Made by a program: the position numbers and the translations under genes. Shown one piece after another: positions 56,587 through 64,000 of a DNA stretch of 64,000 nucleotides. Under the pieces are notes generated by a model. It did no database searches, had not been told where the DNA came from, and saw only the letters and a list, made by a program, of their open reading frames with translations. Numbering within the stretch: position 1 is the stretch's first letter; every line of letters begins with the position of its first letter. This DNA comes from a virus: the IMG/VR virus record IMGVR_UViG_3300031576_001126, positions 76,189 through 140,188 of that record; one strand, 5' to 3'.

Positions 56587-57053
56587 AAATTTACAAAAAA
56601 TTAAAAAATATTACAAATAAAAATGTATTCCGAAAATAAAGTGAGAAATAAATAAATGAAGAATAATATCAATTGGGGGTCCGAAAATGATTGTTAAACT
56701 TACTAAAACAGAATTCGAAACAAAAGACGGAACTATTATTCCAATTCTAAAATGGATCATAAGACAGGTGAGATAAATAATGATTTAACGTTAGGAGACA
56801 GAATCATTTTTCATAAAGATGAAACAACAACTGATAGAGACTTGAACGCAGCTATTAATTTAGCTAATTATAAAGGAATAAATCAGTTAATTAAGAAAAA
56901 AGATACCGTAAGATATACGGGAATTAAAGCGGATGGAGAAGAGAGGTTCATTGTAAAATCGCAAGATGATTTTATGAGGTGCTCTTCAGTGAAATCTGAA
57001 AAGAACATAAGGTCTAGAAGTGATTTTAGATTTTTGTAAGTTTCTTATATCGG
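56570..57053 (+). mobile_element. tnpB: Internally deleted IS607-type element (tnpB C-terminal remnant plus right end)
   Basis: YSNSKMDHKTG...DLTLGDR...DRDLNAAINL (TnpB RuvC-III region) at about 56735-57039; right end ...TTTGTAAGTTTCTTATATCGG resembles IS607 ends; no tnpA. Left boundary uncertain. Confidence 0.75.
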
Positions 57054-57073
57054 AAGATGTCGGTGATTAAATA
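56900..57073 (+). ncRNA. TnpB omega-RNA (scaffold plus about 20-nt guide)
   Basis: Overlaps the tnpB 3' end. Hairpins CCGTA/TACGG (56906-56920), GAAGAG...CTCTTC (56938-56987) and TCTAGAA..TTTTAGA; scaffold ends in GG at 57052-57053; guide inferred at 57054-57073. Confidence 0.65.
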
Positions 57074-57264
57074 TATTTTAAAGAGGAGGTTAAGAGAAAT
57101 AGACTATAAAAAATAAAGCCATGTGCTTTAAGGCTATGATTTTTCGGTATAATTGTTTTAGAATAATCTGAGTCTCTTTAAGAGACGGGAATAGTTGTAA
57201 AATAGGCAGTAAATAAGCCTAATATTTAAATCCCCAAAGGGGATATGTAAAAAGGAGAAATAAT

Positions 57265-58128
57265 ATGTCTACGGACACAAAAGGCAACGAAGTTGCCCCA
57301 AGAACAATTGGTTGGGATGAAATTCCCGATCCAACAGATGTTAGAAAAAACTCTCAAAACAAAAACACAGGTCCGAAAAATTCGGATTTGTTTCTCAAAC
57401 TCCCCCAGGGAGTCCACCGGATCAGATTAGTTGGGAAACCCCTTCCTCTTGATCTCGCTTTTTTCCCGAATCCACAAAATTCGGGCGGAAAAGACAAAAC
57501 AAAGTCAGAAACGTTAAAATATCTAATTCCCAAAGAATATATTGATAGAGTCAAATCTCTTGGTGTTGAAGTCAAAGACTATTATGCTATCTGCGTCTTT
57601 GATCGAGCCGACACCGAGGCGGGTATCACTAGAATTAAAATTCTAGAGAAGGGTTTAAGTGTTATTAAGCCATTTAGAAACTATGCCAAATATCGCAAAG
57701 ACACCGAAGGAAAGTCCATCAATCCGGGCGGAGCACAGGGTCCAAATTGGTTAATTGAAGTCACTTCAACAGGTCCCAATCGTTATAATATTAGCTATGA
57801 TATTCAACCTCTTGACTCAGCCCCTTGGAGTGAGACTGAAAAGGAATTCCTCCGCAGAGATCCGCATGACAAGCAGTATGAAAATCTTCCTTTAGGCGAA
57901 AGAGGTAAAGTTATTCTTGAAGAATATTATGACCTTGCAAAAGCTAAAGAAAGACTTGAGAAATTCCTTACTGGCAACAGTGGAGTTTCTTCAGCTTCCG
58001 CTGAAAATGTTTCCGACTACAAAGAAGGGGCTCCAAAGATCACCATAGGCTCTTTGGATGATCTTCCTTCCGTTGATGAAGATACAGAAGCCACAGTTGC
58101 TCGTCAATTAAGAGACGAAGTTTTTTAA
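57265..58128 (+). CDS. Phage single-stranded DNA-binding protein (gp32-like)
   Basis: FLKL..G.HRIRLVG, YAICVFDR, IKILE, NP...GPNWLI, acidic C-terminal tail; strong AAGGAG RBS; upstream of recA. Confidence 0.65.
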   Translation: MSTDTKGNEVAPRTIGWDEIPDPTDVRKNSQNKNTGPKNSDLFLKLPQGVHRIRLVGKPLPLDLAFFPNPQNSGGKDKTKSETLKYLIPKEYIDRVKSLGVEVKDYYAICVFDRADTEAGITRIKILEKGLSVIKPFRNYAKYRKDTEGKSINPGGAQGPNWLIEVTSTGPNRYNISYDIQPLDSAPWSETEKEFLRRDPHDKQYENLPLGERGKVILEEYYDLAKAKERLEKFLTGNSGVSSASAENVSDYKEGAPKITIGSLDDLPSVDEDTEATVARQLRDEVF

Positions 58129-58148
58129 CAATTCCGTTTTTTTCAAAT

Positions 58149-58184
58149 AATAAGGAGGGATTGGAAGTCCAGTCCCTCCTTATT
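58149..58184 (+). terminator. Strong stem-loop between ssb and recA (terminator/attenuator or mRNA stabiliser)
   Basis: AATAAGGAGGGATTGG-AAGT-CCAGTCCCTCCTTATT, a near-perfect 16-bp stem with one G-U pair; T-run a few nt downstream. Confidence 0.6.
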
Positions 58185-58230
58185 GCCTAATTTTTGTAAT
58201 TTTTGAATATGTCAAAAGGGATGCGACATC

Positions 58231-59328
58231 ATGGCTAAGAAAAAAAATCATGAACAAAGTATAAAAGAAGAAGCTAAGAAAAAAGCCATAGATCTTATCA
58301 TTAAGAATTATGGTGCTGGCTCAGTAATGAGTCTTGGGGAAGGAGAGGTTCAGAATATTCAGGCCATCTCAACGGGCTCTCTTGGACTGGATATTGCCAC
58401 TGGAATTGGTGGAGTTCCTCGTGGAAGAATTGTGGAGATTTTTGGTCCGGAATCGGCAGGAAAATCTACTTTGGCATTGCATATAGTGGCAAATGCACAA
58501 AAAAACGGAGGTTCAGCAGCTTATATTGATGCGGAAAATGCCTTTGACCCAGCCTATGCTATGAAACTTGGAGTCAATATTAAAGATTTGATAATCTCGC
58601 AACCCGATAATGCGGAGCAGGGATTAGATATTGTTGAAAAACTTGCTCAAAGCGGAGCTTTTGATGTTATTGTTATTGATTCGGTTGCTGCTCTTGTTCC
58701 GAGAAAAGAAGTAGAAGGAGACATGGGCGATTCTCACATGGGTCTTCAGGCGAGACTTATGGGACAGGCAATGAGGAAATTAACAGGAGTTGCTTCTAAA
58801 TCAAAAACTTGCATTTTCTTTATAAATCAAATAAGAGAAAAAATAGGAGTCCTTTTTGGCTCAAATGAAACGACACCGGGCGGCAAAGCTCTTAAGTTTT
58901 ATAGTTCTATGAGATTTGATATAAGAAGAATAACAGATATCAAAGAAGGCGATAGAAAGATAGGAAGCAAAGTTCGAGTTAAAGTTATAAAGAACAAGTG
59001 TTCGATCCCGTTTAAACAGGCGGAATTTGATGTTCTTTATGGAGAAGGTATAAATTATCTTGGCGAAATCATAGATGTCGGTGTAAATGAAAACATTATT
59101 GAAAAAAGCGGAGCATGGTTCTCTTTTGATAGTCAAAGAATTGGTCAGGGAAGGGAAAACTCAAAACAGTTTTTGAAAGAAAATCCGGATACTTTTGAAA
59201 AAATAAGAAATAAAGTTGAGGATGTTTTAAAAAGTAAAAATAATATAAATCTAATAAGAACTGATCAAAACGAAGAAGTCGAAGAAGAATTTGCTGGAGA
59301 ACTTGCTACTGAAACCGAAGGATACTAA
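58231..59328 (+). CDS. recA: Recombinase RecA (bacterial type)
   Basis: [73 protein letters not shown]. Confidence 0.98.
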   Translation: MAKKKNHEQSIKEEAKKKAIDLIIKNYGAGSVMSLGEGEVQNIQAISTGSLGLDIATGIGGVPRGRIVEIFGPESAGKSTLALHIVANAQKNGGSAAYIDAENAFDPAYAMKLGVNIKDLIISQPDNAEQGLDIVEKLAQSGAFDVIVIDSVAALVPRKEVEGDMGDSHMGLQARLMGQAMRKLTGVASKSKTCIFFINQIREKIGVLFGSNETTPGGKALKFYSSMRFDIRRITDIKEGDRKIGSKVRVKVIKNKCSIPFKQAEFDVLYGEGINYLGEIIDVGVNENIIEKSGAWFSFDSQRIGQGRENSKQFLKENPDTFEKIRNKVEDVLKSKNNINLIRTDQNEEVEEEFAGELATETEGY

Positions 59329-59334
59329 ATATTT

Positions 59335-60084
59335 ATGGGACTTTTTTTTGATGAAGAACAGCAGGAAAAGTACAATAAATTATCTAGAAAATTTCACGAA
59401 ATTTTAATAGGCCCCGATGGCGAGAAAGGTCGTCAGTACTTTAAAAGTAGAAATGTTTCTGATGATCTTCTTGAAAAATTCATGTTGGGATATTGTCCAG
59501 AAAATGTGAAGTTGTCTGAAAAATTTTCCTACCTTTCCGGCAGGATTGTTTGTCCAATTATTGATGAACTTGGCAACACAATCGCCTTTAGTGGAAGAAA
59601 AATAGATTCAAAAGATTGGTTTCATGATACATTTCAAAAATCTTTTTTTCTTTACGGCTTAAATGTGGCTTGGAAAAACATATTAAAAACAAATAGCATT
59701 ATTATAGTTGAAGGTCAATTTGATGTTTTGTCAATGTGGAAACATGGATTTACAAATACCGTTGGTGTTTTGGGCGGTGTTTTGGCCGAAGAGGGAATAA
59801 TCAAACTGGCAAGATTTACCAATAGATTTATTACCATTTTTGATGGCGATTTAGCCGGTATTTGTGCGGCCAGTAGAGTTATGGATTTTTTAAAAGATTA
59901 TGAATCTTCGGGATATGAACATTTAAATGTTTGTTTAAGAATAGATCAGAAAGAATATGATCCTGACGAGTTTCTTGAAAAATACGGAACATCTGGAATG
60001 ATTTCTTTTATAAAAAAAGCTTCAGATAACAAAAGAGAAAAAAGAAAATCTAAAAAGATAGAGGATCTGATCAATGTTGACTGA
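59335..60084 (+). CDS. dnaG: DnaG primase catalytic core (TOPRIM) without zinc-binding domain
   Basis: GRIVCPI...AFSGR, LYGLN, IIVEGQFDV, FDGDLAG, DPDE; no CHC2 and no helicase-binding domain. Confidence 0.88.
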   Translation: MGLFFDEEQQEKYNKLSRKFHEILIGPDGEKGRQYFKSRNVSDDLLEKFMLGYCPENVKLSEKFSYLSGRIVCPIIDELGNTIAFSGRKIDSKDWFHDTFQKSFFLYGLNVAWKNILKTNSIIIVEGQFDVLSMWKHGFTNTVGVLGGVLAEEGIIKLARFTNRFITIFDGDLAGICAASRVMDFLKDYESSGYEHLNVCLRIDQKEYDPDEFLEKYGTSGMISFIKKASDNKREKRKSKKIEDLINVD

Positions 60085-60919
60085 AGACAGGATTTATTTA
60101 TCATCAGTTTTGACAGAAAAATATGAGAATTTTCTCATCAGATACGGTTTTGAAAATGATAAAAATAGAAAACATGATCATTTTCATCCATCTTCTTTTG
60201 GACAATGTTTTCGTAAAACTGCTTTTCAATATTATCTTTTCCCCAAAGATGAAGAGATATCCCCAAAAGCCAGACGAATTTTTAGCACAGGACATGCACA
60301 CCATCACAGGATGCAAACCGATTTTACACAAATGGGCATTTTAAGAGGATATTGGAAATGTAGGCGTTGTGGGAAAATCCACGGAGAAGAAAATAAATGG
60401 GGGATATTCTGTCCTTACAATTGTTCTTGTGCGAAATTGTTGACTGAAGATTTTCCTGGAAAAAATTTGACAGGAAATAATCTTTTTGAATATCGTGAGA
60501 TGATAGTAAAAAACGAAGAATATTGTTTTGAGGGGCATTGTGATGGAATAGTAGAACTTGTTAAAAACGATGATGACGAAAGATATGTTATTGATTTTAA
60601 GACAGTAAAAAGTGAGAAATTTTCATTTCTCAAGAATCCAGATCCAGTTTATATTGTTCAAATAAGAATATATATGTGGATTCTTGGTATTCAGCAAGGT
60701 ATTATTTTTTATGAAGAGAAAAATACTCACGGAATAAAAGAGTTCGTTGTTCGTCAGGATGAAAATCATATTGCAGAGATAAAGAACAATGCAAAAAAGC
60801 TTTGGGAGGTTTTGAAAGCTAAAAAACTTCCAGCAATACCCAAACTATATTCAAAAGACCAGAAACCATGTTTGTATTGCGAATATAAAGAAAAATGCTG
60901 GTCAAAATTAAAAGGTTGA
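60074..60919 (+). CDS. Cas4-like PD-(D/E)XK exonuclease (Fe-S cysteines plus extra Zn ribbon)
   Basis: HPSS...C.RK, GHCDG, IDFKT, QIRIYM, C-terminal CLYCEYKEKC; inserted CRRC...CPYNC. Confidence 0.8.
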   Translation: MLTEDRIYLSSVLTEKYENFLIRYGFENDKNRKHDHFHPSSFGQCFRKTAFQYYLFPKDEEISPKARRIFSTGHAHHHRMQTDFTQMGILRGYWKCRRCGKIHGEENKWGIFCPYNCSCAKLLTEDFPGKNLTGNNLFEYREMIVKNEEYCFEGHCDGIVELVKNDDDERYVIDFKTVKSEKFSFLKNPDPVYIVQIRIYMWILGIQQGIIFYEEKNTHGIKEFVVRQDENHIAEIKNNAKKLWEVLKAKKLPAIPKLYSKDQKPCLYCEYKEKCWSKLKG

Positions 60920-60923
60920 ATTA

Positions 60924-62162
60924 ATGTCGAATAATGTTATTAAGAAAGTAGGTAAAAAAAATCTTTTTAGAAACGACGCTTTAGAAGTAATGAGAGTTCC
61001 CTTTAATAATGAACTTAACAATATCTCCGATGAAGAATTGGTAGCTTTGGCACAGCAAGACATAGATCTTTTTCGTTGTGCTTGTTTGTGGAGATGTCAA
61101 AATTGTGGCCATGAAATAGGATATAAGCAATCTTTGATAATTCCGAAAGAAAAATATATTCATGAATTAAAGTGTTGTAATATATTTAAAAAATCAGGAT
61201 GCAAATCAAGTATGATTCTTGTTCATCCTAATAATTTGGAACTTAGTTCTCATTATTTTGATGAGTTATATGCGAGATATCAAGACAGAATTATTGCAGA
61301 ATCAGCCAAGTTTGGCTCTGGAGAAGATTCTTATGATGTTTATGCGGCTTTGTCTGGTTTTTTTCCGAAAATAGTTGGAAAGTTTGCCAGAGATAAACGT
61401 TTTCACAAGAAAAGCGATAACTGGTTTTCTTCGTATTTTTGGATTTCTATAAAAAACAAATCTACCGATATTAGAAAAGCAAAAAAATACATAAAAAGAT
61501 CTCCTACGGTTAGATGCGAGGTTTGTAAAAAAAATGTAGGAAGCATTAATGTCAAACATTTGCTTTCTCAAGGGCACAAAGTTATTCAAAGAAAATTTTA
61601 TGAGAAAATGGGGTTGTTTATAATGAAAAATTCTGGAGAATTATTCAATTGCTCTGATCGTAAAAGTCTCGCAAAGAAAGCGTTATTTTTAGGTAAAAAA
61701 CATTTTAATTCAATGGAGGAACAATCAAAAAAAACAATAATTAATAACGAATATGTTGGAATATATCTTGAAATTTTTCCAGAAAGCATAATCAAGAATT
61801 ATGTGCTGTCAATGAACGAATTAGTTAGTAATGATAGTGAAAAAGATGTTGAATATGGCGACTTGTGCGCTGAAAAATGTAGAGTGGGATATTCCTCCAA
61901 CAATGAATTGGAGCTTATGGATATGTCAAAGAATATAGTTTCCACCATAATCGCTCCAAATCTTTTTAGATTTAGAAAATTTTTCCATAATGATTTGAGC
62001 TCACAAAGAAAGTTGGAAATAATAAAAGATATTGTTTTTAATAAATCTTCGTATGATAATATTGACGACAAAGAGCTTGATGAAGATTACAAAAACGAAG
62101 TTAAACAGGGATTAAGCGAAGCTTTGTTTGATTTCATAGCAAAATCTTATGCCGTCAAATAA
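60924..62162 (+). CDS. Sigma70-like factor with zinc-finger insertions
   Basis: SDEELVALAQ, FDELYARY, FSSYFWISIKN...DI.K (region 2-like), LSMNELV...EYGDL (region 3-like); CQNC and CEVC..H..H inserts. Confidence 0.6.
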   Translation: MSNNVIKKVGKKNLFRNDALEVMRVPFNNELNNISDEELVALAQQDIDLFRCACLWRCQNCGHEIGYKQSLIIPKEKYIHELKCCNIFKKSGCKSSMILVHPNNLELSSHYFDELYARYQDRIIAESAKFGSGEDSYDVYAALSGFFPKIVGKFARDKRFHKKSDNWFSSYFWISIKNKSTDIRKAKKYIKRSPTVRCEVCKKNVGSINVKHLLSQGHKVIQRKFYEKMGLFIMKNSGELFNCSDRKSLAKKALFLGKKHFNSMEEQSKKTIINNEYVGIYLEIFPESIIKNYVLSMNELVSNDSEKDVEYGDLCAEKCRVGYSSNNELELMDMSKNIVSTIIAPNLFRFRKFFHNDLSSQRKLEIIKDIVFNKSSYDNIDDKELDEDYKNEVKQGLSEALFDFIAKSYAVK

Positions 62163-62182
62163 AAATTTAGGAGATTTGAAAC

Positions 62183-62512
62183 ATGACTACAGCACAATCT
62201 ACAGAGAACGAAATGAAAAAAGGTCCAACTAAAAATGACAAAGGAAAAATGGAAGCAATCCTAAGAGTTGGATCAAAAACCGATGTTAAAAAGCTCGCAG
62301 GAGCTATAACGGCGACAATCAAAGAACACGGTTATGTTTATGTTAAAGGAATTGGAGATGGGGCAATTGGAAGATCGATGAGGGCTGTTGCAATTGCTTC
62401 TGGATATTTGACTCCAATGGATATAGAATTGATTGTGAAAGCATCTTATTTCATAACAGAAATAGATGGACAAGAAAGAACTGGATTAAATATACTTTGC
62501 GAAAAGAGATAA
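62183..62512 (+). CDS. spoVS: Stage V sporulation protein S family (Alba-like nucleic-acid-binding)
   Basis: ILRVGSKTDVKKLAGAI...IGDGAI...AVAIASGYL...IDGQERTG; AGGAG RBS. Confidence 0.9.
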   Translation: MTTAQSTENEMKKGPTKNDKGKMEAILRVGSKTDVKKLAGAITATIKEHGYVYVKGIGDGAIGRSMRAVAIASGYLTPMDIELIVKASYFITEIDGQERTGLNILCEKR

Positions 62513-62564
62513 AACTACAAAACAGCAGCAAACAACAATTAATCAAGATATTAAGGAGAGGATT

Positions 62565-63137
62565 ATGTCTAATGTAGCAACAATTGATTTAGAGAAAGCT
62601 GAAGAAATCGAGTTGGATGATTTCTTCAATCAAATCCATTCTTTGATGGATTCCGAAGAAAATTCTAGAATTCTTCCAGACGACAGATTGTCAGCAAGAA
62701 AATGGCTTTTGGCTATTTTGCATTATGAAAAAGAAGTGAATTTTTTGAAGGACGAATATAAATCAGCTTTGATATCAAAATATATTTACCCAATAGATAA
62801 AAAAATAGAACAATTGGAAAAATCCCAGTCATATTTAAGAGATGGATTGCTTCAGTTTTTAAAAAATGCAGATCAAAAAAATGTTAATTTCCCAGATCTT
62901 GGAACCGTAACCAGGGTTGATGGGACGGATAAAATCATTTATCCAGAAGATGAAGCCGCTTTTGCCGAAGCTCTTCGTGCATCTGGCAATGATCAGTTTA
63001 TAAACGTGAAATATTCTCTTAATAAGAAAGCAATTGGGGAATTTTACAAAGATCATGGAGAATTTCCGGTTTCTGGACTTTCTACAGAAAAAAAATCAGA
63101 TTCGATAAGAATTAGAAAAGCAGAAAACGAACAATGA
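62565..63137 (+). CDS. Mu Gam-like / Gp157-like DNA end-protection protein
   Basis: Coiled coil followed by NFPDLGTV...FINVKYSLNKKAI...G...SG pattern; AAGGAG RBS. Confidence 0.55.
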   Translation: MSNVATIDLEKAEEIELDDFFNQIHSLMDSEENSRILPDDRLSARKWLLAILHYEKEVNFLKDEYKSALISKYIYPIDKKIEQLEKSQSYLRDGLLQFLKNADQKNVNFPDLGTVTRVDGTDKIIYPEDEAAFAEALRASGNDQFINVKYSLNKKAIGEFYKDHGEFPVSGLSTEKKSDSIRIRKAENEQ

Positions 63138-63733
63138 CATGTTCTTTTTGCAATAAAAAACACGAATTTGTAGTTTCTAAAATTAGGAATGGGCATTTTA
63201 TCCAAGTAGCGCTTTGTGATGATCATGCTTCCGATTTCGAAAATCCATTTGTAAAAAAGATGAAAGAGATAGAAGCCAAAACTGATTATTTGGTTTCTTG
63301 TGGTCATTCGCATAAGGATATTGTCGAATTTTCCAGAGACAATGCAAACAAAAAATGTCTTAAGTGCAAAATGCCCGTGGAAGTTTTCCTTGCTACTGGC
63401 ATTCCTTCTTGTGATTCTTGTTATACCTCGTTTTTCGCTAATGTAATATTGTTTCTTGAAAATTATAATGAAATATATGGATCCCCAAATTTTGAAGAAG
63501 ACAGTAAAAAAGATAAAAAAAATATTTTAGGGATGATAGAGAGCTATAAAAATAAATTGGATAAATCCATTAAAAAAGAAGATTTTATAAACGCCGCCAA
63601 ATTAAGGGATGTAATAAGCCGACTTTCGAGCAAAGAAACTCAAGAAACTCAAGAAACTCAAGAAACTCAAGAAACTCAAGAAACTCAAGAAACTCAAGAA
63701 ACTCAAGAAACTCAAGAAACTCAAGAAACTTAA
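63134..63733 (+). CDS. mcsA: McsA-like protein-arginine-kinase activator (Zn fingers plus UvrB/C motif) with a QET repeat tail
   Basis: CSFC...NG...LCDDH, CLKC.M...G..SCDSCY..F, KEDFINAAKLRDVI. Confidence 0.8.
   Translation: MTCSFCNKKHEFVVSKIRNGHFIQVALCDDHASDFENPFVKKMKEIEAKTDYLVSCGHSHKDIVEFSRDNANKKCLKCKMPVEVFLATGIPSCDSCYTSFFANVILFLENYNEIYGSPNFEEDSKKDKKNILGMIESYKNKLDKSIKKEDFINAAKLRDVISRLSSKETQETQETQETQETQETQETQETQETQETQET
63641..63730 (+). repeat. Perfect 9-bp tandem repeat (CAAGAAACT)x10 encoding (QET)10
   Basis: Ten exact copies, flanked by variant units AAAGAAACT and TAAGAAATT (the latter contains the stop). Confidence 0.97.
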
Positions 63734-63789
63734 GAAATTGAAAATGGGAAAGAATCCATTAGGAAAAATGAGTCTGAAAGTTCGGCTTC

Positions 63790-64000
63790 CTTGTAATGCG
63801 GCAAGGAGACTCCTGCCTTTAGGCAGGAGAGGAATTGCCGCTCCTTTCTCAATAACATACAATATTCAATCATTTCTGTCAAGAGCATATTTATAAAAAA
63901 AATAAAGGTATTCCTCTAACATTTATTGTATTATAGTAATTATGAATGTTACTTACAATATCAAGCTCTCTACTTCTTGTCAAAATGATTTAACTAAAAT
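63790..64000 (+). mobile_element. IS200/IS605-family left end and probable start of tnpB (runs out of the window)
   Basis: Nested hairpin GCGGCAA (63798-63804) / CTCCTGCC-TTTA-GGCAGGAG (63810-63829) / TTGCCGC (63835-63841), typical of IS605-group subterminal palindromes; ORF from 63942, MNVTYNIKL... Confidence 0.65.

Noticed and set aside
56570-57053. IS607 element as an IStron (group I intron)
   Set aside because: No recognisable group I core in the short AT-rich left part, and the upstream gene is already complete without splicing.
60074-60919. Cas4-like gene as part of a CRISPR-Cas locus
   Set aside because: No cas1/cas2 or array nearby; stand-alone Cas4-like nucleases are common in phage replication modules.
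1-64000. Stop-codon reassignment, as seen in some large phages
   Set aside because: Conserved genes are full length in the standard code, and TAA, TAG and TGA each end genes at expected positions.
1-64000. Borg/archaeal element or eukaryotic giant virus (suggested by low GC, GT cluster and in-gene tandem repeat)
   Set aside because: DnaE, DnaB, DnaG, RecA, a sigma-like factor, SpoVS and Shine-Dalgarno motifs point to a bacterial system.
1-64000. tRNA or rRNA genes
   Set aside because: Intergenic gaps are short and none shows a cloverleaf or T-loop signature by eye; a tRNAscan run would confirm.

Overview
AT-rich, densely packed window with essentially all real genes on the + strand, standard genetic code (TAA, TAG and TGA all act as stops) and frequent start/stop overlaps. 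It reads as part of a very large bacteriophage or phage-like element; this is inferred from gene content and order, since no capsid or terminase gene is in view and the host cannot be assigned. Three blocks. (1) 1-20.2 kb: two giant putative virion or adhesion proteins, one a 5'-truncated BNR/Asp-box beta-propeller protein of more than 4,200 aa and one of 2,440 aa (propeller, vWA, degenerate DUF3604/PHP, propeller); they share a Gly/Tyr-rich module. (2) 20.2-33.8 kb: a soluble glycosylation island with 7 glycosyltransferase genes, 3 SAM methyltransferases, an FnlA/CapE-type dehydratase, an RmlD-like reductase and a deleted gmd remnant. (3) 34-64 kb: replication, recombination and host-takeover genes: tmk, metallophosphoesterase, SF2 helicase, dnaJ, a putative initiator with an internal iteron-like repeat cluster, Ycf46-type AAA+, DnaC-like loader, dnaB, split primase, clpP, split intein-less dnaE, macrodomain, gp32-like SSB, recA, Cas4-like nuclease, sigma-like factor, spoVS, Gam-like and mcsA. 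Two TnpB-type element traces are present. Strongest leads: an IS607-type TnpB omega-RNA whose guide matches a synonymously recoded copy of the neighbouring gene's 3' end right after TGGG; a lambda-O-like intragenic origin candidate; DNA polymerase and primase each split over two genes; a probable virion glycosylation system; and a phage McsA/(McsB)/ClpP proteolysis kit. All family assignments come from motif recognition by eye, not database searches.
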